Shown in pieces: positions 1-14,370 of a stretch of DNA of 64,000 nucleotides (its first letter is position 1; each line of letters starts with the position of its first letter). Position numbers and translations under genes: made by a program. The notes under the pieces were generated by a model. The model had not been told where the DNA came from and searched no databases. It saw only the letters and a list, made by a program, of their open reading frames with translations. Source of the stretch: Eledone cirrhosa. Lineage: Eukaryota. The DNA lies in assembly GCA_964016885.1 (NCBI GenBank), contig OZ024743.1, positions 209,746,001 to 209,810,000 on the forward strand, read 5' to 3'.

Positions 1-1079
1 AGATGAAAGCTCTTCACCCCATAAGATATACCACAGTTTAACATCCTATAGCAAGATGAAAGCGCTTCACTCCATAAGATATACGACAGTTTACCATCCT
101 ATAGCCACACATGAAAGCTCTTCAATCCATAAGATATACCTCAGTTTACCATCTTATAGCCACAGATGAAAGCTCTTCACTCCATAAGATATACCACAGT
201 TTACCATCCTATAGCCACACATGAAAGCTCTTCACTCCATAAGATATACCACAGTTTACCATCCTATAGCCACACATGAAAGCTCTTCACTCCATAAGAT
301 ATACCACAGTTTACCATGCTATAGCCACAGATGAAAGCTGTTCACTCCATCAGATATACCACAGTTCACCATCCTATAGCCACAGATGAAAGCTCTTCAC
401 TCCACAAGATATACCACAGTTTACCATCCTATAGCCACAGATGAAAGCTCTTCACTCCATAAGATATACCACAGTTTACCATCCTATAGCCACAGATGAA
501 AGCTCTTCACCCCATAAGATATACCACAGTTTACCATCCTATAGCCACACATGAAAGCTCTTCACTCCATAAGATATACCACAGTTTACCATCCTATAGC
601 CACAGATGAAAGCTCTTCACCCCATAAGATATACCACAGTTTACCATCCTATAGCCACACATGAAAGCTCTTCACTCCATCAGATATACCACAGTTTACC
701 ATCCTATAGCCACACATGAAAGCTCTTCACTCCATAAGATATACCACAGTTTACCATCCTATAGCCACACATGAAAGCTCTTCACCCCATAAGATATACC
801 ACAGTTTAGCATCCTATTGCCACACATGAAAGTTCTTCACTCGATAAGATATACCACAGTTTACCAATCTATAGCCACACATGAAAGCTCTTCACTCCAT
901 AAGATATACCACAGTTTACCATCCTATAGCAAGATGAAAGCTCTTCACTCCATAAGATATACGACAGTTTACCATCCTATAGCCACACATGAAAGCTCTT
1001 CAATCCATAAGATATACCTCAGTTTACCATCTTATAGCCACAGATGAAATCTGTTCACTCCATAAGATATACCACAGTT

Positions 1080-4000
1080 TACCATCCTATAGCCACACAT
1101 GAAAGCTCTTCACTCCATAAGATATACCACAGTTTACCATCCTATAGCCACAGATGAAAGCTCTTCACCCCATAAGATATACCACAGTTTACCATCCTAT
1201 AGCCACACATGAAAGCTCTTCACTACATAAGATATACCACAGTTTACCATCCTATAGCCACACATGAAAGCTCTTCACTCCATAAGATATACCACAGTTT
1301 ACCATCCTATAGCCACAGATGAAAGCTCTTCACCCCATAAGATATACCACAGTTTACCATCCTATTGCCACACATGAAAGCTCTTCACTCCATAAGATAT
1401 ACCACAGTTTACCATCCTATAGCCAGATGAAAGCTCTTCACACCATAAGATATACGACAGTTTACCATCCTATAGCCACACATGAAATCTCTTCACTCCA
1501 TAAGATATACCTCAGTTTACCATCCTATAGCCACAGATGAAAGCTCTTCACTCCATAAGATATACCACAGTTTACCATCCTATAGCCACACATGAAAGCT
1601 CTTCACGCCATAAGATATACCTCAGTTTACCATCCTATAGCCACAGATGAAAGCTCTTCACTCCATAAGATATACCACAGTTTACTATCCTATAGCCACA
1701 CATGAGAGCTCTTCACTCCATAAGATATACCACAGTTTACCATCCTATGGCCACACATGAAAGCTCTTCACACCATAAGATATACCACAGTTTACCATCC
1801 TATAGCCAGATGAAAGCTCTTCACTCCGTAAAATATACCACAGTTTACCATCCTATAGCCACACATGAAAGCTCTTCACTCCATAAGATATACCACATTT
1901 GACCATCCTATAGCCACACATGAGAGCTCTTCACTCCATAAGATATACCACAGTTTACCATCCTATAGCCACACATGAAAGCTCTTCACTCCATAAGATA
2001 TACCACCGTTTACCATCCTATGGCCACACATGAAAGCTCTTCACTCCATAAGATATACCACAGTTTACCATCCTATAGCCAGATGAAAGCTCTTCACTCC
2101 ATAAAATATACCACAGTTTACCATCCTATAGCCACAGATGAAAGCTCTTCACTCCATAAGATATACCACAGTTTACCGTCCTATAGCCAGATGAAAGCTC
2201 TTCACTCCATAAGATATACCACAATTTACCACCCTATAGCCACAGATGAAAGCTCTTCACTTCATGAGATATACCACAGTTTACCATCCTATAGCCACGC
2301 CACGGAAGAAAGCTCTTCACTCCATAAGATATACCACAGTTTACAATCCTATAGCCACAGATGAAAGCTCTTCACTCCATGAGATATACCACAGTTTACC
2401 ATCCTATGGCCACAGACGAATGCTCTTCACTCCATAAGATATACCACAGTTTACCATCCTATAGCCACAGATGAAAGCTCTTCACTCCATAAGATATACC
2501 ACAGTTTACCATCCTATAGCCACACATGAAAGCTCTTAACTCCATAAGATATACCACAGTTTACCATCCTATAGCCACACCACAGATGAAAGCTATTCAC
2601 TCCATAAGATATACCACAGTTTACCATCCTATAGTCACACATGAAAGCTCTTCACTCCATAAGATATAACACAGTTTACCATCCTATAGCCAGATGAAAG
2701 CTCTTCACTCCATAAGATATACCACAATTTGCCATCCTATAGCCACAGATGAAAGCTCTTCACTCCTTAAGATATACCACAGTTTACCATCTTGTAGCCA
2801 CAGATGAAAGCTCTTCACTCCATAACATATACCACAGTTTACCATCCTATAGCCACAGATGAAAGCTGTTCACTCGATAAGATATACCACAGTTTACCAT
2901 CCTATAGCCACACATGAAAGCGCTTCACTCCACGAGATATACCACAGTTTACCATCCTATAGCCACACATGAAAGCTCTTCACTCCAGAAGATATACCAC
3001 AGTTTACCATCCTATAGCCAGATGAAAGCTCTTCACTCCATAAGATATACCACAGTTCACCATCCTATAGCCACAGATGAAAGCTCTTCACTCCACAAGA
3101 TATACCACAGTTTACCATCCTATAGCCACAGATGAAAGCTCTTCACTCCATAAGATATACCACAGTTTACCATCCTATAGCCACAGATGAAAGCTCTTCA
3201 CACCATAAGATATACCACAGTTTACCATCCTATAGCCACACATGAAAGCTCTTCACTCCATAAGATATACCACAGTTTACCATCCTATAGCCACAGATGA
3301 ATGCTCTTCACCCCATAAGATATACCACAGTTTACCATCCTATAGCCACACATGAAATCTCTTCACTCCATCAGATATACCACAGTTTACCATCCTATAG
3401 CCACACATGAAAGCTCTTCACTCCATAAGATATACCACAGTTTACCATCCTATGGCCACAGATGAAAGCTCTTCACCCCATAAGATATACCACAGTTTAC
3501 CATCCTATAGCCACACATGAAAGCTCTTCACCCCATAAGATATACCACAGTTTAACATCCTATTGCCACACATGAACGTTCTTCACTCGATAAGATATAC
3601 CACAGTTTACCAATCTATAGCCACACATGAAAGCTCTTCACTCCATAAGATATACCACAGTTTACCATCCTATAGCAAGATGAAAGCTCTTCACTCCATA
3701 AGATATACGACAGTTTACCATCCTATAGCCACACATGAAAACTCTTCAATCCATAAGATATACCTCAGTTTACCATCTTATAGCCACAGATGAAATCTGT
3801 TCACTCCATAAGATATACCACAGTTTACCATCCTATAGCCACACATGAAAGCTCTTCACTCCATAAGATATACCACAGTTTACCATCCTATAGCCACAGA
3901 TGAAAGCTCTTCACCCCATAAGATATACCACAGTTTACCATCCTATAGCCACACATGAAAGCTCTTCACTCCATAAGATATACCACAGTTTACCATCCTA

Positions 4001-7000
4001 TAGCCACAGATGAAAGCTCTTCACCCCATAAGATATACCACAGTTTACCATCCTATTGCCACACATGAAAGCTCTTCACTCCATAAGATATACCACAGTT
4101 TACCATCCTATAGCCAGATGAAAGCTCTTCACTCCATAAGATATACGACAGTTTACCATCCTATAGCCACGCATGAAATCTCTTCACTCCATAAGATATA
4201 CCTCAGTTTACCATCCTATAGCCACAGATGAAAGCTCTTCACTCCATAAGATATACCACAGTTTACCATCCTATAGCCACACATGAAAGCTCTTCACCCC
4301 ATAAGATATACCACAGTTTACCATCCTATAGCCACACATGAAAGCTCTTCACTCCATCAGATAGACCAGTTTACCATCCTATAGCCACACATGAAAGCTC
4401 TTCACTCCATAAGATATACCACAGTTTACCATCCTATAGCCACAGATGAAAGCTCTTCACCCCATAAGATATACCACAGTTTACCATCCTATAGCCACAC
4501 ATGAAAGCTCTTCACTACATAAGATATACCACAGTTTACCATCCTATAGCCACACATGAAAGCTCTTCACTCCATAAGATATACCACAGTTTACCATCCT
4601 ATAGCCACAGATGAAAGCTCTTCACCCCATAAGATATACCACAGTTTACCATCCTATTGCCACACATGAAAGCTCTTCACTCCATAAGATATACCACAGT
4701 TTACCATCCTATAGCCAGATGAAAGCTCTTCACTCCATAAGATATACGACAGTTTACCATCCTATAGCCACACATGAAATCTCTTCACTCCATAAGATAT
4801 ACCTCAGTTTACCATCCTATAGCCACAGATGAAAGCTCTTCACTCCATAAGATATACCACAGTTTACCATCCTATAGCCACACATGAAAGCTCTTCACGC
4901 CATAAGATATACCTCAGTTTACCATCCTATAGCCACAGATGAAAGCTCTTCACTCCATAAGATATACCACAGTTTACTATCCTATAGCCACACATGAGAG
5001 CTCTTCACTCCATAAGATATACCACAGTTTACCATCCTATGGCCACACATGAAAGCTCTTCACACCATAAGATATACCACAGTTTACCATCCTATAGCCA
5101 GATAAAAGCTCTTCACTCCGTAAAATATACCACAGTTTACCATCCTATAGCCACACATGAAAGCTCTTCACTCCATAAGATATACCACAGTTGACCATCC
5201 TATAGCCACACATGAGAGCTCTTCACTCCATAAGATATACCACAGTTTACCATCCTATAGCCACACATGAAAGCTCTTCACTCCATAAGATATACCACCG
5301 TTTACCATCCTATGGCCACACATGAAAGCTCTTCACTCCATAAGATATACCACAGTTTACCATCCTATAGCCAGATGAAAGCTCTTCACTCCATAAAATA
5401 TACCACAGTTTACCATCCTATAGCCACAGATGAAAGCTCTTCACTCCATAAGATATACCACAGTTTACCGTCCTATAGCCAGATGAAAGCTCTTCACTCC
5501 ATAAGATATACCACAATTTACCACCCTATAGCCACAGATGAAAGCTCTTCACTTCATGAGATATACCACAGTTTACCATCCTATAGCCACGCCACGGAAG
5601 AAAGCTCTTCACTCCATAAGATATACCACAGTTTACAATCCTATAGCCACAGATGAAAGCTCTTCACTCCATGAGATATACCACAGTTTACCATCCTATG
5701 GCCACAGACGAATGCTCTTCACTCCATAAGATATACCACAGTTTACCATCCTATAGCCACAGATGAAAGCTCTTCACTCCATAAGATATACCACAGTTTA
5801 CCATCCTATAGCCACACATGAAAGCTCTTAACTCCATAAGATATACCACAGTTTACCATCCTATAGCCACACCACAGATGAAAGCTATTCACTCCATAAG
5901 ATATACCACAGTTTACCATCCTATAGTCACACATGAAAGCTCTTCACTCCATAAGATATAACACAGTTTACCATCCTATAGCCAGATGAAAGCTCTTCAC
6001 TCCATAAGATATACCACAATTTGCCATCCTATAGCCACAGATGAAAGCTCTTCACTCCTTAAGATATACCACAGTTTACCATCTTGTAGCCACAGATGAA
6101 AGCTCTTCACTCCATAACATATACCACAGTTTACCATCCTATAGCCACAGATGAAAGCTGTTCACTCGATAAGATATACCACAGTTTACCATCCTATAGC
6201 CACACATGAAAGCGCTTCACTCCACGAGATATACCACAGTTTACCATCCTATAGCCACACATGAAAGCTCTTCACTCCAGAAGATATACCACAGTTTACC
6301 ATCCTATAGCCAGATGAAAGCTCTTCACTCCATAAGATATACCACAGTTCACCATCCTATAGCCACAGATGAAAGCTCTTCACTCCACAAGATATACCAC
6401 AGTTTACCATCCTATAGCCACAGATGAAAGCTCTTCACTCCATAAGATATACCACAGTTTACCATCCTATAGCCACAGATGAAAGCTCTTCACACCATAA
6501 GATATACCACAGTTTACCATCCTATAGCCACACATGAAAGCTCTTCACTCCATAAGATATACCACAGTTTACCATCCTATAGCCACAGATGAATGCTCTT
6601 CACCCCATAAGATATACCACAGTTTACCATCCTATAGCCACACATGAAATCTCTTCACTCCATCAGATATACCACAGTTTACCATCCTATAGCCACACAT
6701 GAAAGCTCTTCACTCCATAAGATATACCACAGTTTACCATCCTATGGCCACAGATGAAAGCTCTTCACCCCATAAGATATACCACAGTTTACCATCCTAT
6801 AGCCACACATGAAAGCTCTTCACCCCATAAGATATACCACAGTTTAACATCCTATTGCCACACATGAACGTTCTTCACTCGATAAGATATACCACAGTTT
6901 ACCAATCTATAGCCACACATGAAAGCTCTTCACTCCATAAGATATACCACAGTTTACCATCCTATAGCAAGATGAAAGCTCTTCACTCCATAAGATATAC

Positions 7001-7257
7001 GACAGTTTACCATCCTATAGCCACACATGAAAACTCTTCAATCCATAAGATATACCTCAGTTTACCATCTTATAGCCACAGATGAAATCTGTTCACTCCA
7101 TAAGATATACCACAGTTTACCATCCTATAGCCACACATGAAAGCTCTTCACTCCATAAGATATACCACAGTTTACCATCCTATAGCCACAGATGAAAGCT
7201 CTTCACCCCATAAGATATACCACAGTTTACCATCCTATAGCCACACATGAAAGCTCT
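1080..7257. repeat. Near-identical block duplication, offset 3,292 bp (about 1080-3965 vs about 4372-7257)
   Basis: Matching ORF-track markers sit at a constant offset: 1319/4611, 1702/4994, 1975/5267, 2246/5538, 2914/6206, 3563/6855. 3292 = 60x55 - 9x2 + 2x5. The rare variant CTCCACGAG is shared. Boundaries are approximate. Confidence 0.92.
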
Positions 7258-10200
7258 TCACTACATAAGATATACCACAGTTTACCATCCTATAGCCACA
7301 CATGAAAGCTCTTCACTCCATAAGATATACCACAGTTTACCATCCTATAGCCACAGATGAAAGCTCTTCACCCCATAAGATATACCACAGTTTACCATCC
7401 TATTGCCACACATGAAAGCTCTTCACTCCATAAGATATACCACAGTTTACCATCCTATAGCCAGATGAAAGCTCTTCACTCCATAATATATACGACAGTT
7501 TACCATCCTATAGCCACGCATGAAATCTCTTCACTCCATAAGATATACCTCAGTTTACCATCCTATAGCCACAGATGAAAGCTCTTCACTCCATAAGATA
7601 TACCACAGTTTACCATCCTATAGCCACACATGAAAGCTCTTCACCCCATAAGATATACCACAGTTTACCATCCTATAGCCACACATGAAAGCTCTTCACT
7701 CCATCAGATAGACCACAGTTTACCATCCTATAGCCACACATGAAAGCTCTTCACTCCATAAGATATACCACAGTTTACCATCCTATGGCCACAGATGAAA
7801 GCTCTTCACCCCATAAGATATACCACAGTTTACCATCCTATAGCCACACATGAAAGCTATTCACCCCATAAGATATACCACAGTTTAGCATCCTATTGCC
7901 ACACATGAAAGTTCTTCACTCGATAAGATATACCACAGTTTACCAATCTATAGCCACACATGAAAGCTCTTCACTCCATAAGATATACCACAGTTTACCA
8001 TCCTATAGCAAGATGAAAGCTCTTCACTCCATAAGATATACGACAGTTTACCATCCTATAGCCACACATGAAAACACTTCAATCCATAAGATATACCTCA
8101 GTTTACCATCTTATAGCCACAGATGAAATCTGTTCACTCCATAAGATATACCACAGTTTACCATCCTATAGCCACACATGAAAACTCTTCACTCCATAAG
8201 ATATACCACAGTTTACCATCCTATAGCCACAGATGAAAGCTCTTCACCCCATAAGATATACCACAGTTTACCATCCTATAGCCACACATGAAAGCTCTTC
8301 ACTACATAAGATATACCACAGTTTACCATCCTATAGCCACACATGAAAGCTCTTCACTCCATAAGATATACCACAGTTTACCATCCTATAGCCACAGATG
8401 AAAGCTCTTCACCCCATAAGATATACCACAGTTTACCATCCTATTGCCACACATGAAAGCTCTTCACTCCATAAGATATACCACAGTTTACCATCCTATA
8501 GCCAGATGAAAGCTCTTCACTCCATAAGATATACGACAGTTTACCATCCTATAGCCACACATGAAATCTCTTCACTCCATAAGATATACCTCAGTTTACC
8601 ATCCTATAGCCACAGATGAAAGCTCTTCACTCCATAAGATATACCACAGTTTACCATCCTATAGCCACACATGAAAGCTCTTCACGCCATAAGATATACC
8701 TCAGTTTACCATCCTATAGCCACAGATGAAAGCTCTTCACTCCATAAGATATACCACAGTTTACTATCCTATAGCCACACATGAGAGCTCTTCACTCCAT
8801 AAGATATACCACAGTTTACCATCCTATGGCCACACATGAAAGCTCTTCACCCCATAAGATATACCACAGTTTACCATCCTATAGCCAGATGAAAGCTCTT
8901 CACTCCGTAAAATATACCACAGTTTACCATCCTATAGCCACACATGAAAGCTCTTCACTCCATAAGATATACCACAGTTGACCATCCTATAGCCACACAT
9001 GAGAGCTCTTCACTCCATAAGATATACCACAGTTTACCATCCTATAGCCACACATGAAAGCTCTTCACTCCATAAGATATACCACAGTTTACCATCCTAT
9101 AGCCACAGATGAAAGCTCTTCACTCCATAAGATATACCACAGTTTACCATCCTATAGCCAGATGAAAGCTCTTCACTCCATAAAATATACCACAGTTTAC
9201 CATCCTATAGCCACAGATGAAAGCTCTTCACTTCATGAGATATACCACAGTTTACCATCCTATAGCCACGCCACGGAAGAAAGCTCTTCACTCCATAAGA
9301 TATACCACAGTTTACAATCCTATAGCCACAGATGAAAGCTCTTCACTCCTTGAGATATACCACAGTTTACCATCCTATGGCCACAGACGAATGCTCTTCA
9401 CTCCATAAGATATACCACAGTTTACCATCCTATAGCCACAGATGAAAGCTCTTCACTCCATAAGATATACCACAGTTTACCATCCTATAGCCACACATGA
9501 AAGCTCTTAACTCCATAAGATATACCACAGTTTACCATCCTATAGCCACGCCACGGATGAAAGCTATTCACTCCATAAGATATACCACAGTTTACCATCC
9601 TATAGTCACACATGAAAGCTCTTCACTCCATAAGATATAACACAGTTTACCATCCTATAGCCAGATGAAAGCTCTTCACTCCATAAGATATACCACAGTT
9701 TGCCATCCTATAGCCACAGATGAAAGCTCTTCACTCCTTAAGATATACCACAGTTTACCATCTTGTAGCCACAGATGAAAGCTCTTCACTCCATAACATA
9801 TACCACAGTTTACCATCCTATAGCCACAGATGAAAGCTGTTCACTCGATAAGATATACCACAGTTTACCATCCTATAGCCACACATGAAAGCGCTTCACT
9901 CCATGAGATATACCACAGTTTACCATCCTATAGCCACACATGAAAGTTCTTCACTTCAGAAGATATACCACAGTTTACCATCCTATAGCCAGATGAAAGC
10001 TCTTCACTCCATAAGATATACCACAGTTCACCATCCTATAGCCACAGATGAAAGCTCTTCACTCCACAAGATATACCACAGTTTACCATCCTATAGCCAC
10101 AGATGAAAGCTCTTCACTCCATAAGATATACCACAGTTTACCATCCTATAGCCACACATGAAAGCTCTTCACTCCATAAGATATACCACAGTTTACCATC

Positions 10201-13200
10201 CTATAGCCACAGATGAAAGCTCTTCACCCCATAAGATATACCACAGTTTACCATCCTATAGCCACACATGAAAGCTCTTCACTCCATAAGATATACCACA
10301 GTTTACCATCCTATAGCCACAGATGAAAGCTCTTCACCCCATAAGATATACCACAGTTTACCATCCTATAGCCACACATGAAATCTCTTCACTCCATCAG
10401 ATATACCACAGTTTACCATCCTATAGCCACACATGAAAGCTCTTCACTCCATAAGATATACCACAGTTTACCATCCTATGGCCACAGATGAAAGCTCTTC
10501 ACCCCATAAGATATACCACAGTTTACCATCCTATAGCCACACATGAAAGCTCTTCACCCCATAAGATATACCACAGTTTAGCATCCTATTGCCACACATG
10601 AAAGTTCTTCACTCGATAAGATATACCACAGTTTACCAATCTATAGCCACACATGAAAGCTCTTCACTCCATAAGATATACCACAGTTTACCATCCTATA
10701 GCCAGATGAAAGCTCTTCACTCCATAAAATATACCACAGTTTACCATCCTATAGCCACAGATGAAAGCTCTTCACTCCATAAGATATACCACAGTTTACC
10801 GTCCTATAGCCAGATGAAAGCTCTTCACTCCATAAGATATACCACAATTTACCACCCTATAGCCACAGATGAAAGCTCTTCACTTCATGAGATATACCAC
10901 AGTTTACCATCCTATAGCCACGCCACGGAAGAAAGCTCTTCACTCCATAAGATATACCACAGTTTACAATCCTATAGCCACAGATGAAAGCTCTTCACTC
11001 CATGAGATATACCACAGTTTACCATCCTATGGCCACAGACGAATGCTCTTCACTCCATAAGATATACCACAGTTTACCATCCTATAGCCACAGATGAAAG
11101 CTCTTCACTCCATAAGATATACCACAGTTTACCATCCTATAGCCACACATGAAAGCTCTTAACTCCATAAGATATACCACAGTTTACCATCCTATAGCCA
11201 CACCACAGATGAAAGCTATTCACTCCATAAGATATACCACAGTTTACCATCCTATAGTCACACATGAAAGCTCTTCACTCCATAAGATATAACACAGTTT
11301 ACCATCCTATAGCCAGATGAAAGCTCTTCACTCCATAAGATATACCACAATTTGCCATCCTATAGCCACAGATGAAAGCTCTTCACTCCTTAAGATATAC
11401 CACAGTTTACCATTTTGTAGCCACAGATGAAAGCTCTTCACTCCATAACATATACCACAGTTTACCATCCTATAGCCACAGATGAAAGCTGTTCACTCGA
11501 TAAGATATACCACAGTTTACCATCCTATAGCCACACATGAAAGCGCTTCACTCCATGAGATATACCACAGTTTACCATCCTATAGCCACACATGAAAGCT
11601 CTTCACTCCAGAAGATATACCACAGTTTACCATCCTATAGCCAGATGAAAGCTCTTCACTCCATAAGATATACCACAGTTCACCATCCTATAGCCACAGA
11701 TGAAAGCTCTTCACTCCACAAGATATACCACAGTTTACCATCCTATAGCCACAGATGAAAGCTCTTCACTCCATAAGATATACCACAGTTTACCATCCTA
11801 TAGCCACAGATGAAAGCTCTTCACACCATAAGATATACCACAGTTTACCATCCTATAGCCACACATGAAAGCTCTTCACTCCATAAGATATACCACAGTT
11901 TACCATCCTATAGCCACAGATGAATGCTCTTCACCCCATAAGATATACCACAGTTTACCATCCTATAGCCACACATGAAATCTCTTCACTCCATCAGATA
12001 TACCACAGTTTACCATCCTATAGCCACACATGAAAGCTCTTCACTCCATAAGATATACCACAGTTTACCATCCTATGGCCACAGATGAAAGCTCTTCACC
12101 CCATAAGATATACCACAGTTTACCATCCTATAGCCACACATGAAAGCTCTTCACCCCATAAGATATACCACAGTTTAACATCCTATTGCCACACATGAAC
12201 GTTCTTCACTCGATAAGATATACCACAGTTTACCAATCTATAGCCACACATGAAAGCTCTTCACTCCATAAGATATACCACAGTTTACCATCCTATAGCA
12301 AGATGAAAGCTCTTCACTCCATAAGATATACGACAGTTTACCATCCTATAGCCACACATGAAAACTCTTCAATCCATAAGATATACCTCAGTTTACCATC
12401 TTATAGCCACAGATGAAATCTGTTCACTCCATAAGATATACCACAGTTTACCATCCTATAGCCACACATGAAAGCTCTTCACTCCATAAGATATACCACA
12501 GTTTACCATCCTATAGCCACAGATGAAAGCTCTTCACCCCATAAAATATACCACAGTTTACCATCCTATAGCCACACATGAAAGCTCTTCACTACATAAG
12601 ATATACCACAGTTTACCATCCTATAGCCACACATGAAAGCTCTTCACTCCATAAGATATACCACAGTTTACCATCCTATAGCCACAGATGAAAGCTCTTC
12701 ACCCCATAAGATATACCACAGTTTACCATCCTATTGCCACACATGAAAGCTCTTCACTCCATAAGATATACCACAGTTTACCATCCTATAGCCAGATGAA
12801 AGCTCTTCACTCCATAAGATATACGACAGTTTACCATCCTATAGCCACGCATGAAATCTCTTCACTCCATAAGATATACCTCAGTTTACCATCCTATAGC
12901 CACAGATGAAAGCTCTTCACTCCATAAGATATACCACAGTTTACCATCCTATAGCCACACATGAAAGCTCTTCACCCCATAAGATATACCACAGTTTACC
13001 ATCCTATAGCCACACATGAAAGCTCTTCACTCCATCAGATAGACCACAGTTTACCATCCTATAGCCACACATGAAAGCTCTTCACTCCATAAGATATACC
13101 ACAGTTTACCATCCTATGGCCACAGATGAAAGCTCTTCACCCCATAAGATATACCACAGTTTACCATCCTATAGCCACACATGAAAGCTATTCACCCCAT

Positions 13201-14370
13201 AAGATATACCACAGTTTAGCATCCTATTGCCACACATGAAAGTTCTTCACTCGATAAGATATACCACAGTTTACCAATCTATAGCCACACATGAAAGCTC
13301 TTCACTCCATAAGATATACCACAGTTTACCATCCTATAGCAAGATGAAAGCTCTTCACTCCATAAGATATACGACAGTTTACCATCCTATAGCCACACAT
13401 GAAAACACTTCAATCCATAAGATATACCTCAGTTTACCATCTTATAGCCACAGATGAAATCTGTTCACTCCATAAGATATACCACAGTTTACCATCCTAT
13501 AGCCACACATGAAAACTCTTCACTCCATAAGATATACCACAGTTTACCATCCTATAGCCACAGATGAAAGCTCTTCACCCCATAAGATATACCACAGTTT
13601 ACCATCCTATAGCCACACATGAAAGCTCTTCACTACATAAGATATACCACAGTTTACCATCCTATAGCCACACATGAAAGCTCTTCACTCCATAAGATAT
13701 ACCACAGTTTACCATCCTATAGCCACAGATGAAAGCTCTTCACCCCATAAGATATACCACAGTTTACCATCCTATTGCCACACATGAAAGCTCTTCACTC
13801 CATAAGATATACCACAGTTTACCATCCTATAGCCAGATGAAAGCTCTTCACTCCATAAGATATACGACAGTTTACCATCCTATAGCCACACATGAAATCT
13901 CTTCACTCCATAAGATATACCTCAGTTTACCATCCTATAGCCACAGATGAAAGCTCTTCACTCCATAAGATATACCACAGTTTACCATCCTATAGCCACA
14001 CATGAAAGCTCTTCACGCCATAAGATATACCTCAGTTTACCATCCTATAGCCACAGATGAAAGCTCTTCACTCCATAAGATATACCACAGTTTACTATCC
14101 TATAGCCACACATGAGAGCTCTTCACTCCATAAGATATACCACAGTTTACCATCCTATGGCCACACATGAAAGCTCTTCACCCCATAAGATATACCATAG
14201 TTTACCATCCTATAGCCAGATGAAAGCTCTTCACTCCGTAAAATATACCACATTTTACCATCCTATAGCCACACATGAAAGCTCTTCACTCCATAAGATA
14301 TACCACAGTTGACCATCCTATAGCCACACATGAGAGCTCTTCACTCCATAAGATATACCACAGTTTACCA
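5320..14370. repeat. Block duplication, offset 5,331 bp (about 5320-9040 vs about 10650-14370)
   Basis: Constant offsets at 5538/10869, 6206/11537, 6855/12186, 7357/12688, 7896/13227, 8398/13729, 8781/14112. Rare variants GAAAACACTT and CAGATAGACC are shared. Boundaries are approximate. Confidence 0.9.

Noticed and set aside
166-220. Tandem tRNA/snRNA/structured ncRNA genes or terminators
   Set aside because: The only dyads are a 4-bp stem (TGAA/TTCA) and 6-bp palindromes. There is no cloverleaf, Pol III box or U-tract.
166-330. Nucleosome phasing by 3x55 = 165 bp, and the 55x55 coincidence
   Set aside because: I saw no trimer periodicity in the variants. These are numerical coincidences without MNase data.
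826-845. Heat-shock-element-like GAAnnTTC in the GAAAGTTC/GAACGTTC variant monomer
   Set aside because: Only two nGAAn units are present whereas a canonical HSE needs three, and the consensus spacing (GAA-N5-TTC) does not fit.
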